This document shows, in pieces, positions 29,157 through 39,124 of a stretch of DNA of 64,000 nucleotides (position 1 is its first letter; each line of letters starts with the position of its first letter). A model generated the notes under the pieces. The model ran no database searches, was not told where the DNA came from, and saw only the letters and a program-made list of their open reading frames with translations. A program made the translations under genes and the position numbers. This DNA is from Candidatus Calditenuaceae archaeon. Lineage in GTDB: Archaea > Thermoproteota > Nitrososphaeria_A > Caldarchaeales > Calditenuaceae. The DNA is taken from positions 1,938 through 65,937 of the forward strand of contig JANXEE010000019.1 in the NCBI GenBank assembly GCA_025058225.1. The letters are read 5' to 3'.

Positions 29157-31103
29157 TCACCGGACCTCCTTCATCTTAGCCACGGCTTCCCTTATCTCCT
29201 CCACTGAAGCCTCTTCCTCGAGGGTCGAAAGGTCTCCGAGCTCCTGACCGAGCCACAACCTCCGCATGACCCTGCGCATGATCTTGCCGCTCCTCGTCTT
29301 CGGGAGCATGTTCACGAACTTCAGGTCCCTGATCACCACGATCGGGCCGAGGCTTTTCCTTACGTACTCGATCAGCTCCTTCTTCAGCTCCTCGCTCGGC
29401 GCGTACCCGGGCTTCAGCACCACGAAAGCCACCACGACCTCACCCCTTAGCTCATCGGGCACACCGGATACGCCCGCCTCAGCGACCGCCGGATGTGTTA
29501 TCAGGCTGCTCTCGACCTCGATGGTCCCTATCCTGTGGCCGGAGATCTTGATGATCTCGTCGGCCCTTCCGCTGAACCAGACGTAACCGTCCTCATCGAT
29601 CATCGCGGCGTCGCCCGTGCAGTAGAGCCCCTTGACCCTTACCTCCCAGTAAGAGGAGACGTAACGCTCAAAGCTGTCCCAAAGGGTCGGCGTGAGTCCC
29701 GGGAAAGGTCTGCGGAGATAAAGGACCCCCTTCTGCCCCCGTGGTAGCTCCTCCCTGCCAGACTCGTCGTAGATAACCGGATCCACACCCGGCAATGGTA
29801 ACCCTGCAGACCCCGGCCTGATGTACCTCATCAAACCGTCGCCACCGATGCCGTACGGATACCCGAATAGCGCCCCTGTAGTCTCGGTCTGCCACATGTG
29901 ATCTATCACGGGGATAGAGTTGCTGAAGACCTCCACCTGCAACCACTTCCAGACCTCAGGGTTGAGGACCTCGCCTGCAACTGCCACCCTCTTAACCGAG
30001 CTCAGATCGTGCTCCTTAGCCTGCTCGGTACCGAACTTCCTCAGCATTCTCAGCCCCGTGGGAGAGGTACAGAAGAGCGTCGCCCTGTACCGTGAAAGGG
30101 TCTCCCACCAGACTCCTGTGTGAGGATAATCGGGAGTGCCATCGTAGACGACGGCCGTTGCGCCTGCGAGGAGCGGACCGAAGACGATGTAACTCTGCCC
30201 CACTATCCACCCTATGTCGGAAGTGTTGAAGACTACGTCATCCGGACCGAGTCCGTAAACCCATTTCGCAGCCCAATAGTTCCAGATCTGATATCCCCCG
30301 TGGACGTGAACCACCGGCTTGGGTTTCGCGGTCGTACCGGAGGTTGGCATGATGAAGACCGGGTCTCCGGCATCGGTCTCCACGAAATCCGAGCTCTCGC
30401 CTCCACCCAGCCTGACGAACTCCTCGATCGTGAGGTCGTTGTCGTCCATCTGAAGCTCCAGAGACGGCCTCACCCTCTTCACCACCTTAGTGACCCCCGC
30501 GCCTCGGACCCTCTCGAGAGCTCTGTCGAGCCGCTGCTTCAATGGAACCTCTTTTCCGCGCCTTATCAGATAGTCCTGCGTGAGCACCAACTTGGGCGTC
30601 GTCAGCTCGACTCTGTCTGCGACCGCATCCGATGAGAAGCCAGAGAAGACCGTGCAGGAGATCGCGCCGATTCGAGCACACGCCAGCATCATCGCAGCCG
30701 CCTCCACGGAGTTCGGCATGTAGATGAGCACCCTGTCACCGTGTCCGACTCCCGCCCCGCGAAGGGCTGCTGCATATCGCCTGACAATCGAGAAGAGCTC
30801 GTCGTAGGTCACGGAATAGGACAACCCGAGCTCCGGGGAATGATAGATGTACGCAGCCTTGCTCCCGTACTTAGGCACCTTCGCGTCGAGGCAATTATAG
30901 GATATGTTGGTCTTACCGCCGACGAACCAAGAGAACCTGGGATACTTCCACTCGAACGGTCTCTCCCATCTTTTGAACCACGTAACGTCTCCCTGACTCC
31001 AAGCCTCTTCGGCCCTTCCCTCCCAGAAAGCTCCGGGGTTCGAGCGCTCCTCCTCCCAAAGTGAGCGAAAGACACGGATCGGATCGCCGCCGCGATCGCT
31101 CAT
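29157..31103 (-). CDS. AMP-forming acyl-CoA synthetase, Acs/PrpE family (substrate not assignable)
   Basis: 648 aa with PTSGTTAKPKP, WQTETTG, YCTGDAA and PKTRSGKIMRR. It is a paralog of the acs at 20516. Confidence 0.9.
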   Translation of the reverse strand: MSDRGGDPIRVFRSLWEEERSNPGAFWEGRAEEAWSQGDVTWFKRWERPFEWKYPRFSWFVGGKTNISYNCLDAKVPKYGSKAAYIYHSPELGLSYSVTYDELFSIVRRYAAALRGAGVGHGDRVLIYMPNSVEAAAMMLACARIGAISCTVFSGFSSDAVADRVELTTPKLVLTQDYLIRRGKEVPLKQRLDRALERVRGAGVTKVVKRVRPSLELQMDDNDLTIEEFVRLGGGESSDFVETDAGDPVFIMPTSGTTAKPKPVVHVHGGYQIWNYWAAKWVYGLGPDDVVFNTSDIGWIVGQSYIVFGPLLAGATAVVYDGTPDYPHTGVWWETLSRYRATLFCTSPTGLRMLRKFGTEQAKEHDLSSVKRVAVAGEVLNPEVWKWLQVEVFSNSIPVIDHMWQTETTGALFGYPYGIGGDGLMRYIRPGSAGLPLPGVDPVIYDESGREELPRGQKGVLYLRRPFPGLTPTLWDSFERYVSSYWEVRVKGLYCTGDAAMIDEDGYVWFSGRADEIIKISGHRIGTIEVESSLITHPAVAEAGVSGVPDELRGEVVVAFVVLKPGYAPSEELKKELIEYVRKSLGPIVVIRDLKFVNMLPKTRSGKIMRRVMRRLWLGQELGDLSTLEEEASVEEIREAVAKMKEVR

Positions 31104-31231
31104 TCATCCTCGACAGAAGATTGCGCTTTATGAATATTTCTACATATTGATTTTAACGTCATTCATAAAAGGAGTCAAAGGGTTAAAGTCACACGGAATA
31201 ACCAGAACCTCTGTTTGCGGTCTCGATATGG

Positions 31232-33562
31232 CTATATCAGGTAGAACAGCGGGAAGAGGAACACCCAGACTATGTCGACGAAGTGCCAATAATAGCCGAA
31301 GTACTCGATCGACTCCCAGTTGTCTTTGCCGTAAGCACCCTTGATCGACCTAGAGACGAGATATGCCAAGGCGAGTAACCCTGCTGTCACGTGTGCGCCG
31401 TGAACTCCGGTGGTGAGGAAGAACGTCGACGCTGGCAAGGAGCTTCCGAATGTAACTCCGTGATGTATCAGTTCGGACCACTCGTTGTACTTGTTAAACA
31501 GGAAGAGCAACCCCAGCCCGATTGTGCTTCCCAAGAAGGCAGTTGTCAGGCCCTTTCTCCCTGCTTTTGCTGAAGCTAAGGCCAAGACTACCGTCAGACT
31601 GCTGGTCAGCAGGACGAAGGTGTTCACGGCGCCGTGCCAGACATCGAGCATCGTACCCGGCGCAGGCCACGAGCCTGAAGCACCCCTGACGTAGATGTAA
31701 GCCGAGATCAGTATTCCGAAGAGCGCGATCTCAGACGCGATGAACGTCCACCAGCCCAGCTTAACCCTGTCAACACCATCGAAGGGCCATCGTTCTCCGA
31801 TTGGGTCCTCGAAGGCGACGAACTTCTCCCTCCCCCAGCCCACGATGCTGATCGCAAGCACCAGAAGTCCGACCGGTAACATCAGCGAGTGTACCGTTAG
31901 CCCCGCGAGTGTCAGGAAAGACCCTAGACTGACGCCGAAAGGATAAGGCGATAAGTGCGTCTCGTGGTGGTGATGTACTGCTCCGTTGGTGGAAATGAAT
32001 TCGAGCTTTCCGCTTGAGAAGGTCGGTATCCCATGGAAGTTGTGGGGTGGTGGTGGAGACTCGGTCGCCCACTCGAGCGTGAAGGCCCCCCACGGGTTGT
32101 TTCCTGCTGGAGGACCGTTACGCAAGCTCCAGAGGAGGTTCCAGAACATTATCAAGAAAGACAGCCCGAAGATCAGTCCGCCGATCGTTGCCAGCTGATG
32201 CCAGAAGAGGAGGTCCGGTTGGTAGATCGGTACCCTTCTGGGCGTCTCCCATGCGATGAACAACGGGAAGTACAGCAGGTTGTACCCGATCATCGAGGTG
32301 ACGAAGTGGATCCTGCCGAGCTTCTCATCGAACATCCTCCCCGTCATCTTGGGATACCAGTAGTAGATTGCCGCCAAAAGCCCGAGCAACCCACCTCCGA
32401 CCATAGTGTAGTGGAAGTGGGCGACAACGAAGTAGGTGCCCCTAAGGATGTAGTCCAATACGTTGGACCCCAAGAAGACGCCGGTTATCCCGCCGATGAT
32501 GAAAACGCCTATCGAACCTAGGACGAAGAGGAACGGCGTGTTGATCCGGATGTTTGCCTTCACCAAAGAGTAGATGTAGGAGAGGATTATCGCGTCGAAC
32601 GGTATCGAGATCGCTATGGTGGTTATCGTGAACACCCTCCTGACGTCCTGGCTGATGCCGGTGTTGAACATGTGATGACCCCATACCAAAAAGCTTAGGA
32701 CCGCGACGATGACCATCGCGACCATCACGGCCGTCCTGCCGAAGAGGTGTTTCCTCGTGGAAGCCTGTATCACCTCCGCCATCGCGCCGAGACCCGGGAA
32801 CAGGACGATGTAGACCTCTGGGTGACCGAAGAACCAGAAGATGTGGTCCCAGAGCAACGCTCCGCCCTCCGGGGAGGTGAAGTACACCGTACCTAGCAAC
32901 CTGTCGGATGCCAAGATCACTAACCCTGCGAGCAAAGACGGGAACGCGTAGAGCATCATCAGAACAGTGAGGAGGATCGAGAAGGTGAACATCGGCAGCT
33001 TGTTTATGGTGAGACCTTGGGCCCTTGACCTGAAGATCGTCACTACGAAGTTAAACGTTGATGCCGTCACGGAGGCCACAAGGAGAGCCAGTCCCAGACC
33101 GCCTGTGTTGACTCCCACGTAGGGCGAGAACTGGTTCGTGGTCAATGGAGCGTACATAGTCCAACCAGCGTCGATTGCGCTGTCCTGAAAGAAGGAGATG
33201 ATTGTGAGGATGCCACCGAAGAGGTAGAGCCAGTAGCTCAACGCGTTCAACCTGGGGAACGCGAGGTCCCTTGCTCCGATCTGCAGCGGGACGACGTAAT
33301 TCGCAAAGGCGAATCCCAGCGGCGAGATGACGAAGAGTATCATCACGAGACCGTGCATTGTAACAGCTTGGTTGAATTTCTGGGCGTTCAGGAAGTTCAG
33401 TGATGGATCGGTGAGCTGGAAGCGGAAAAGCAACGCCAGCACTCCTCCTATTATGAGGAAGTAGATCGATGTGACCAAGTAGAGAATGCCGACGTCCTTG
33501 TGGTTGGTGGTCATCAGCCAACGCTTTATCGACGAGGCGGGTGGCAAGGGATTATGCGTCAT
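31232..33562 (-). CDS. heme-copper oxidase subunit I fused to subunit III
   Basis: Subunit I motifs are WFFGHPEVY, GHHMF and VVAHFHYTMVGG. About 200 further residues contain subunit III-like helices (HFVDIVWVFLF). The ATG at 33562 overlaps the subunit II stop (ATGA). Confidence 0.9.
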   Translation of the reverse strand: MTHNPLPPASSIKRWLMTTNHKDVGILYLVTSIYFLIIGGVLALLFRFQLTDPSLNFLNAQKFNQAVTMHGLVMILFVISPLGFAFANYVVPLQIGARDLAFPRLNALSYWLYLFGGILTIISFFQDSAIDAGWTMYAPLTTNQFSPYVGVNTGGLGLALLVASVTASTFNFVVTIFRSRAQGLTINKLPMFTFSILLTVLMMLYAFPSLLAGLVILASDRLLGTVYFTSPEGGALLWDHIFWFFGHPEVYIVLFPGLGAMAEVIQASTRKHLFGRTAVMVAMVIVAVLSFLVWGHHMFNTGISQDVRRVFTITTIAISIPFDAIILSYIYSLVKANIRINTPFLFVLGSIGVFIIGGITGVFLGSNVLDYILRGTYFVVAHFHYTMVGGGLLGLLAAIYYWYPKMTGRMFDEKLGRIHFVTSMIGYNLLYFPLFIAWETPRRVPIYQPDLLFWHQLATIGGLIFGLSFLIMFWNLLWSLRNGPPAGNNPWGAFTLEWATESPPPPHNFHGIPTFSSGKLEFISTNGAVHHHHETHLSPYPFGVSLGSFLTLAGLTVHSLMLPVGLLVLAISIVGWGREKFVAFEDPIGERWPFDGVDRVKLGWWTFIASEIALFGILISAYIYVRGASGSWPAPGTMLDVWHGAVNTFVLLTSSLTVVLALASAKAGRKGLTTAFLGSTIGLGLLFLFNKYNEWSELIHHGVTFGSSLPASTFFLTTGVHGAHVTAGLLALAYLVSRSIKGAYGKDNWESIEYFGYYWHFVDIVWVFLFPLFYLI

Positions 33563-34197
33563 TTGGACACACCTCCTTGTGATTGATACCACCTTTCAAA
33601 CTCTGAGGGTTCCATGACCACCAGTTTGCCGATCATTACGCCGTGACCCGTCCCGCAGAGCTCGAAGCATCTGATCTCATAGGTGCCGGGGACGCGGACC
33701 TGCGTCCAGTAACTGTTGATCTTGCCTGGTATCGCGTCGATCCCTATTCCGAGCTCGAGGACCCCGAACTTGTGAAAGACGTCTCTGCTGGTAACGATGA
33801 ACTTAACCGGCCTGTTCGCCGGTATCCTGCCCTCACCGAGCACGACGACACCGTTCGGATAGGTGAACTCCCATCCCCACTGGAAGGCGGTCACCCTGAT
33901 CTCGAAGGAATCTCTGGGCGGAGACTCAAGGTACTCGAGGGTCGAGAAGGTCCCCACTATCAGCGAGATCACGATGGCGGAGCTCAGGACAAGTGACAGG
34001 AGGAGCTTGATCGGAAAGCCCTGACGCGGCGGGAGCTCGCCAAGACTTACCTCGCCTTCTGCTGGTTTGTCCTCTCGAGCTCTATAGCGGAGCAGGTTGT
34101 AGATCATGTAGGAGCCGACGACTACTCCTACAAGAGTTCCCAGCGTCAAGAACAGGTTGAAGAGCCCATATACGGCCTCGGCCGAGGTCGAGACCAT
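33559..34197 (-). CDS. heme-copper oxidase subunit II (CuA)
   Basis: 212 aa with two N-terminal TM segments and a cupredoxin domain carrying the CuA motif HKF...CFELCGTGHGVM. Confidence 0.9.
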   Translation of the reverse strand: MVSTSAEAVYGLFNLFLTLGTLVGVVVGSYMIYNLLRYRAREDKPAEGEVSLGELPPRQGFPIKLLLSLVLSSAIVISLIVGTFSTLEYLESPPRDSFEIRVTAFQWGWEFTYPNGVVVLGEGRIPANRPVKFIVTSRDVFHKFGVLELGIGIDAIPGKINSYWTQVRVPGTYEIRCFELCGTGHGVMIGKLVVMEPSEFERWYQSQGGVSK

Positions 34198-34367
34198 ACC
34201 TTTTGGAGGTATTAAATTTCATAAGATAAAGGTGACGGCTCAGCACCGATTCAAAGGAGGCGATGCCTTTCGCGAACTGAAGAAATACGGACTTGCCGGA
34301 TGGATCGCGTGAACCGTATCACCCGAGATGTGGCGCGGTGAGACCTTGCCTGTCCCCCGGTGCTCTC

Positions 34368-34724
34368 TCAGCTCTTGGGTGACCCTGAGATCCAGTCTTC
34401 TATGAGGGTGCAACCGATCGGGCTGACGCTCTGACTCGGGCCGCAGTTCTGATTGAACGGGCAGAGCGGGCACGGCGAGCCAAACAGGGCGGAGGGATTG
34501 AACCTCCTTATCTGAGGGATGAGCTTCATGGTCCACCTGTCGTTCGCAAGTATCTTGACCCTCTTCACCAGCCCCTTCCTTTCCAATTTTATGGCGATCC
34601 TCGAGCCGTCCCTGCTGGATACGCCCAGCTCGTGCCAGAGCTCCGATTGAAGGATGCCCTCCTCCTTCTCGAGAAGTAACTTTATCGCCTGCTCCTCGAG
34701 CTTAGATATCTTCGATGTTTGCAT
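34368..34724 (-). CDS. tfeB: winged-helix + 4-Cys protein, RPC34/TFE-beta-like
   Basis: The wHTH region reads EEGILQSELWHELGVSSRDGSRIAIKLERKGLV. The C-terminus is CPLCPFNQNCGPSQSVSPIGCTLIEDW (C-x2-C-x5-C-x11-C then W), the pattern of the RPC34/TFE-beta Fe-S domain. Confidence 0.65.
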   Translation of the reverse strand: MQTSKISKLEEQAIKLLLEKEEGILQSELWHELGVSSRDGSRIAIKLERKGLVKRVKILANDRWTMKLIPQIRRFNPSALFGSPCPLCPFNQNCGPSQSVSPIGCTLIEDWISGSPKS

Positions 34725-34805
34725 GAACCCCCCTTACACCATATTCGGTGGTGGCAATATTTATGTGCTGGGGTAAACAACACGCCGGACTGCCCTGCCA
34801 TCGCA

Positions 34806-37800
34806 TCATGGCCTCTTCAGCCCCTTTAAGTGCGCTGCGTGGAGCTCGTTGAGCGACCTCACCTCCCAGTCGCCCTTGCTCAGCCACTTCAGGACTTTGA
34901 TGGCCGCGTTCAGCGATTGGAAGGTCGTTATGTAGGGTATCCCCGTTATTACGGCCCCGCGTCTTATCAGGTACCCTAGCCTGTCGCGCTCACCGGCCCT
35001 TAACCTCCTGACGTCAACAATCAAGCCGACGTTCAGACTTCTGAACTCGAGGGCCGCATCGACCTCATGGCTCCAACTTGAAGGGTCTATTTTCACGACG
35101 TCCCGCTCGATCCCATCAACCGCGCCCTCCGTGATCACGCACACTTCGAGACCGATCGATTTCAGCGACTCGATCGCATAGGCGCCCTCCGCAACGGTCT
35201 CCGAGCTCACCGCGACCAACACCCTCACCCCCCTCCGGATCGGATTGTTGGCAGCCAGCTGGGCCTTCCAGTAGGCCTCTTCGAAGGTCGCACCGATCCC
35301 CATGCACTCACCTGTTGACTTCATCCTCGGCTCGAGGATTGGGTCAACTCCCGGCAACTTCGAGAACGAGAAGACCGATTCCTTGACCGCGACGTAGTGG
35401 GGGTTGATCTCCTCCCTTAGCCCCAGATCCCTTAGCTTGGCTCCCAACATCACCTTGGTCGCGACCTTCACCAAGGGTACGCCTATCGCCTTACCGACGA
35501 AGGGAACTGTCCTGGAGGCCCTCGGGTTGGCCTCTATGACGTAAACATCGTCCCCCATCACCGCGTACTGGACGTTGAGGAAACCCACGACGCCAAGCTC
35601 TAGGGCGAGTCGCCTGGTGTAGTCCTTTATCCTCTCGAGGGCCCTTGAAGAGAGGTTTTGAGGGGGGATGACCATGGCAGCGTCGCCGCTGTGCACTCCC
35701 GCGAGCTCCACGTGCTCTAGTACGCCGCAGATGAAGACCGACTCGCCGTCGCTTATGGCGTCAACGTCCACCTCGACCGCAGGGAACAGGTACTCATCGA
35801 TCAGCACGGGTCTCTCCTCGGTGACCTCAAGAGCGACGCTGATGAGCCTCATCATCTCCTCTCTGTTCCAGACTATGCCCATCCCTCTCCCGCCCAAGAC
35901 GTACGACGGCCTCACCAGCACGGGATAGCCCAGGGATTCAGCGATCTCGAGGGCCTCTTCAACGCTCTTCGCAGTACCGCCCTCAGGTTGGGGTATGCCG
36001 AGTTTGAGGAGAAGCTCCCTGAACCGCTTCCTGTCCTCGCAAATGTCAATGCTGTCGTGACTGGTGCCCAGAATCCGCACTCCCGCCTCGGCCAGCCTCT
36101 TGGATAGCTTCAGAGGAGTCTGGCCTCCGAGCTGCACGATAACGCCGTCGGGCCGCTCCCGCTCGATCACGTTCATCACGTCCTCGAACGTCAGGGGCTC
36201 GAAGTAGAGGCGCGTCGACACGTCGAAGTCCGTGCTGACCGTCTCGGGGTTGTTGTTCACGACCACCGAATCCATGCCCTCTTCTCTGATCGCGAGCGAA
36301 GCGTGAACCGAGCAGTAATCGAACTCTATCCCCTGACCTATTCTGATGGGGCCGGAGCCTATTATGAGGACGCGCCTTTTGCCCTCGTTGACTCTGGCTT
36401 CGTCGGTTTCCTCATAAGTCGAGTAATAATAGGGGGTCACGGCCTCGAACTCTCCGGCACAGGTGTCCACCATCTTGTAGACCGGCCTCACGTTGAGGGA
36501 CTTCCTCAACTTCCTGACTTCTTCCTCGCTCATCCCCAACGCGTTCGCTATCTGTCGATCCGAGAACCCTAACCTCTTCGCTTCGCGCAAAAGTGAGGCG
36601 AAATCTGGGGATCCGGGATCTGCGTTTCTGAGCGCGCGCTCCATCTCCACTATCCTCTTGATGCCGTTCAGGAACCACCGGTCGATGCGTGTGAGTCGAT
36701 GTATCTCATCGACACTCATTCCCATCCTCAAGGCATCCCTGATCGCGAAGACGCGCTCCCAAGTCGGGTTGAGCAGCAGCCCCTTGAGCTGTTCCGGAGT
36801 TCTCTCGACGTCACGACCGTCTGAACCTAGACCGAATCTGTTAATCTCCAGCGACCGAATCGCCTTCTGCAGCGCCTCCTCGAAGGTCCTTCCGATGCCC
36901 ATGGCCTCCCCGGTCGACTTCATCATCGTTCCGATGACCGCGTCTAAATCGTCGAAGACGTCAACCGGCCATCTGGGTATCTTGACGACGACGTAATCGA
37001 TTGTAGGCTCCATTGCTGCTGTGACGGTCCCTACGACCTTGTTACTTATCTCGTCAAGACGATAACCCAGTGCGATCTTAGCGGCTGTTCGCGCTATGGG
37101 GTAACCGGTAGCCTTCGATGCGAGCGCAGAGCTCCTGCTTACCCTGGGGTTCACCTCTATCACCGTGTACTCGAAACGCTCCGGGTTCACACCGAACTGA
37201 ATGTTGCATGCCCCCTCGATTCCGATCGCCCTTACGACCTTGAATGCCACCCTCCTCAGAATGTGAAATTCCTCGTCGGTGAGGGTCTGTGCCGGAGCAA
37301 CCACTATGCTCTCTCCGGTGTGGATCCCTAGGGGATCGAGGTTCTCCATCGGGCATACGCAGACGCAGTTGTCTGCTGAGTCCCGGAGTATCTCAAGCTC
37401 ATACTCCTTCCAACCCTCGAGGTACTCGTCGATCGCGACCTTGTTGTTCATGCTGACCATCAAACCAGTGCTGACCAATCTCCTCAGCTCCTCCTCGTTT
37501 CTCGCTACGCCGGAGCCCGTGCCTCCGAGCGCGTAACTTGCCCTGCAGAGTACCGGGTATCCGCCCAGTTCCCGAACCGCATCTCTGGCCTCCTCGAGGC
37601 TCGAGACCTCAATGGATCTTGGAATCGGCTCCCCGATCGACCTGATCAGCTCGTGGAATAGCCTCCTGTCCTCAGCCCTCCTGATGCCCTCCACCTGAGT
37701 ACCGATTACTTTGGTCCCCACCTCATCCAGAACGCCGGTCTCCTTCAGCTTCACCACCAAGTTCAAACCGGTCTGGCCGCCCATGGTCGGGAGGATCGCA

Positions 37801-38051
37801 TCGGGCCTCTCCCTCCTCAGCACCCTCGCGACGGTTTCTACGTCCAAGGGCTCGATGTAAACGACATCCGCGATCTCGTAATCGGTCTGTATCGTTGCCG
37901 GGTTTGAGTTTACGAGTATCACCTTCACGCCGTCTTCCCTCAACGCGAGACACGCTTGAGATCCTGAGTAGTCGAACTCCGCCGCCTGTCCTATGACGAT
38001 CGGGCCCGACCCTATCACGAGGACGCTTTTGATCCAGTCGAGCTTGGGCAT
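34806..38051 (-). CDS. carB: carbamoyl-phosphate synthase large subunit
   Basis: 1081 aa with duplicated ATP-grasp halves (VLVIGSGPIVIGQAAEFDYSG / VLIIGSGPIRIGQGIEFDY) and an MGS-like C-terminus. Confidence 0.97.
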   Translation of the reverse strand: MPKLDWIKSVLVIGSGPIVIGQAAEFDYSGSQACLALREDGVKVILVNSNPATIQTDYEIADVVYIEPLDVETVARVLRRERPDAILPTMGGQTGLNLVVKLKETGVLDEVGTKVIGTQVEGIRRAEDRRLFHELIRSIGEPIPRSIEVSSLEEARDAVRELGGYPVLCRASYALGGTGSGVARNEEELRRLVSTGLMVSMNNKVAIDEYLEGWKEYELEILRDSADNCVCVCPMENLDPLGIHTGESIVVAPAQTLTDEEFHILRRVAFKVVRAIGIEGACNIQFGVNPERFEYTVIEVNPRVSRSSALASKATGYPIARTAAKIALGYRLDEISNKVVGTVTAAMEPTIDYVVVKIPRWPVDVFDDLDAVIGTMMKSTGEAMGIGRTFEEALQKAIRSLEINRFGLGSDGRDVERTPEQLKGLLLNPTWERVFAIRDALRMGMSVDEIHRLTRIDRWFLNGIKRIVEMERALRNADPGSPDFASLLREAKRLGFSDRQIANALGMSEEEVRKLRKSLNVRPVYKMVDTCAGEFEAVTPYYYSTYEETDEARVNEGKRRVLIIGSGPIRIGQGIEFDYCSVHASLAIREEGMDSVVVNNNPETVSTDFDVSTRLYFEPLTFEDVMNVIERERPDGVIVQLGGQTPLKLSKRLAEAGVRILGTSHDSIDICEDRKRFRELLLKLGIPQPEGGTAKSVEEALEIAESLGYPVLVRPSYVLGGRGMGIVWNREEMMRLISVALEVTEERPVLIDEYLFPAVEVDVDAISDGESVFICGVLEHVELAGVHSGDAAMVIPPQNLSSRALERIKDYTRRLALELGVVGFLNVQYAVMGDDVYVIEANPRASRTVPFVGKAIGVPLVKVATKVMLGAKLRDLGLREEINPHYVAVKESVFSFSKLPGVDPILEPRMKSTGECMGIGATFEEAYWKAQLAANNPIRRGVRVLVAVSSETVAEGAYAIESLKSIGLEVCVITEGAVDGIERDVVKIDPSSWSHEVDAALEFRSLNVGLIVDVRRLRAGERDRLGYLIRRGAVITGIPYITTFQSLNAAIKVLKWLSKGDWEVRSLNELHAAHLKGLKRP

Positions 38052-39124
38052 CAGAGCATCACCAGGAACTCGTCGAATATCCGGGCCCCGTCGGACGGCC
38101 CCGGACGCCCCTCCGGGTGATACTGGGTCGATAGTATGTTCAGGTCCTCGTGCTCCAAACCCTCGATGGTACCGTCGTTGAGGCTGACCTGCCTCACCTT
38201 CAACCCCTTACCCTCCAGACTGCGCGGGTCAACTGCGTAACCGTGATTCTGAAGAGTTATGTGGATCTGACCGGTCTTCAGGTCCTTGACCGGGTGATTA
38301 GTCCCCCTGTGACCGAATTTCATCTTGTACGTCCTACAACCGAGAGCAAGCGATATCAGCTGGTGTCCCAAGCAGACCCCCATCATCGGCACCTTACCCA
38401 TCAATTTCCTCACGGTCTCGATCGCATAACCGAGCACCGCCGGATCTCCGGGGCCGTTGGAGACGATTATTCCGTCCGGGTCCCAGCTAAGTATCTCTTC
38501 AGCGGACGTGTGGGCTGGGAACCTTATGACGGTGACGTTCCCCTCCAACAGCTTCCGCACTATTCCGAGTTTAACTCCGCAGTCCAGCAGCGCCACGCTC
38601 TTCCGGCCTTTACCCATCAGCTCGACCTTGCTACAGGTCGTCTCCCTTACGAGGTCCACCTCGTACCTCCAACCAGCAAGCCTCTCTCTCAGGGCCTCGA
38701 TCTCGACGGAGCTCACGTCGCCACAGACTAAGACAGCAGGTATCGTTCCGTGCTCACGGATCATCACCGTCAACGCCCTAGTGTCAACCCCTTCGATCCC
38801 GACGATCCCGTACTCCTTGAGGAGATCGCTGAGCCGACCTCTGCTTTTCGCGTTAGACGGATAATAGCACGCGTCCCTAACGACCACGCCTTCGGCCCAG
38901 ATCCTGTCGGACTCAAGCTCCCCTGTCCAAGCTCCGTAGTTGCCTATGTGTGTGTAGGTGAAGAGCACAATTTGGCCGTTGTACGAGGGGTCTGAGAGCG
39001 TCTCCTCGTAACCGCTCAATGACGTCGTGAAGACGAGCTCACCGAAGGCCTCACCGTCGACACCGATGGATTTGCCTCTGATGATCGCCCCGTTCGCGAG
39101 CAGCAGCAGCCCCTCGGACATCAT
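38051..39124 (-). CDS. carA: carbamoyl-phosphate synthase small subunit
   Basis: 357 aa with the GATase triad motifs GVCLGHQ and HPE. Its stop overlaps the carB ATG by 1 nt (TGATG). Confidence 0.95.
   Translation of the reverse strand: MMSEGLLLLANGAIIRGKSIGVDGEAFGELVFTTSLSGYEETLSDPSYNGQIVLFTYTHIGNYGAWTGELESDRIWAEGVVVRDACYYPSNAKSRGRLSDLLKEYGIVGIEGVDTRALTVMIREHGTIPAVLVCGDVSSVEIEALRERLAGWRYEVDLVRETTCSKVELMGKGRKSVALLDCGVKLGIVRKLLEGNVTVIRFPAHTSAEEILSWDPDGIIVSNGPGDPAVLGYAIETVRKLMGKVPMMGVCLGHQLISLALGCRTYKMKFGHRGTNHPVKDLKTGQIHITLQNHGYAVDPRSLEGKGLKVRQVSLNDGTIEGLEHEDLNILSTQYHPEGRPGPSDGARIFDEFLVML

Noticed and set aside
34240-34536. 98-aa minus-strand ORF overlapping the TFE-beta-like gene.
   Set aside because: It is out of frame within a gene that has a clear wHTH-4Cys signature and has no features of its own.
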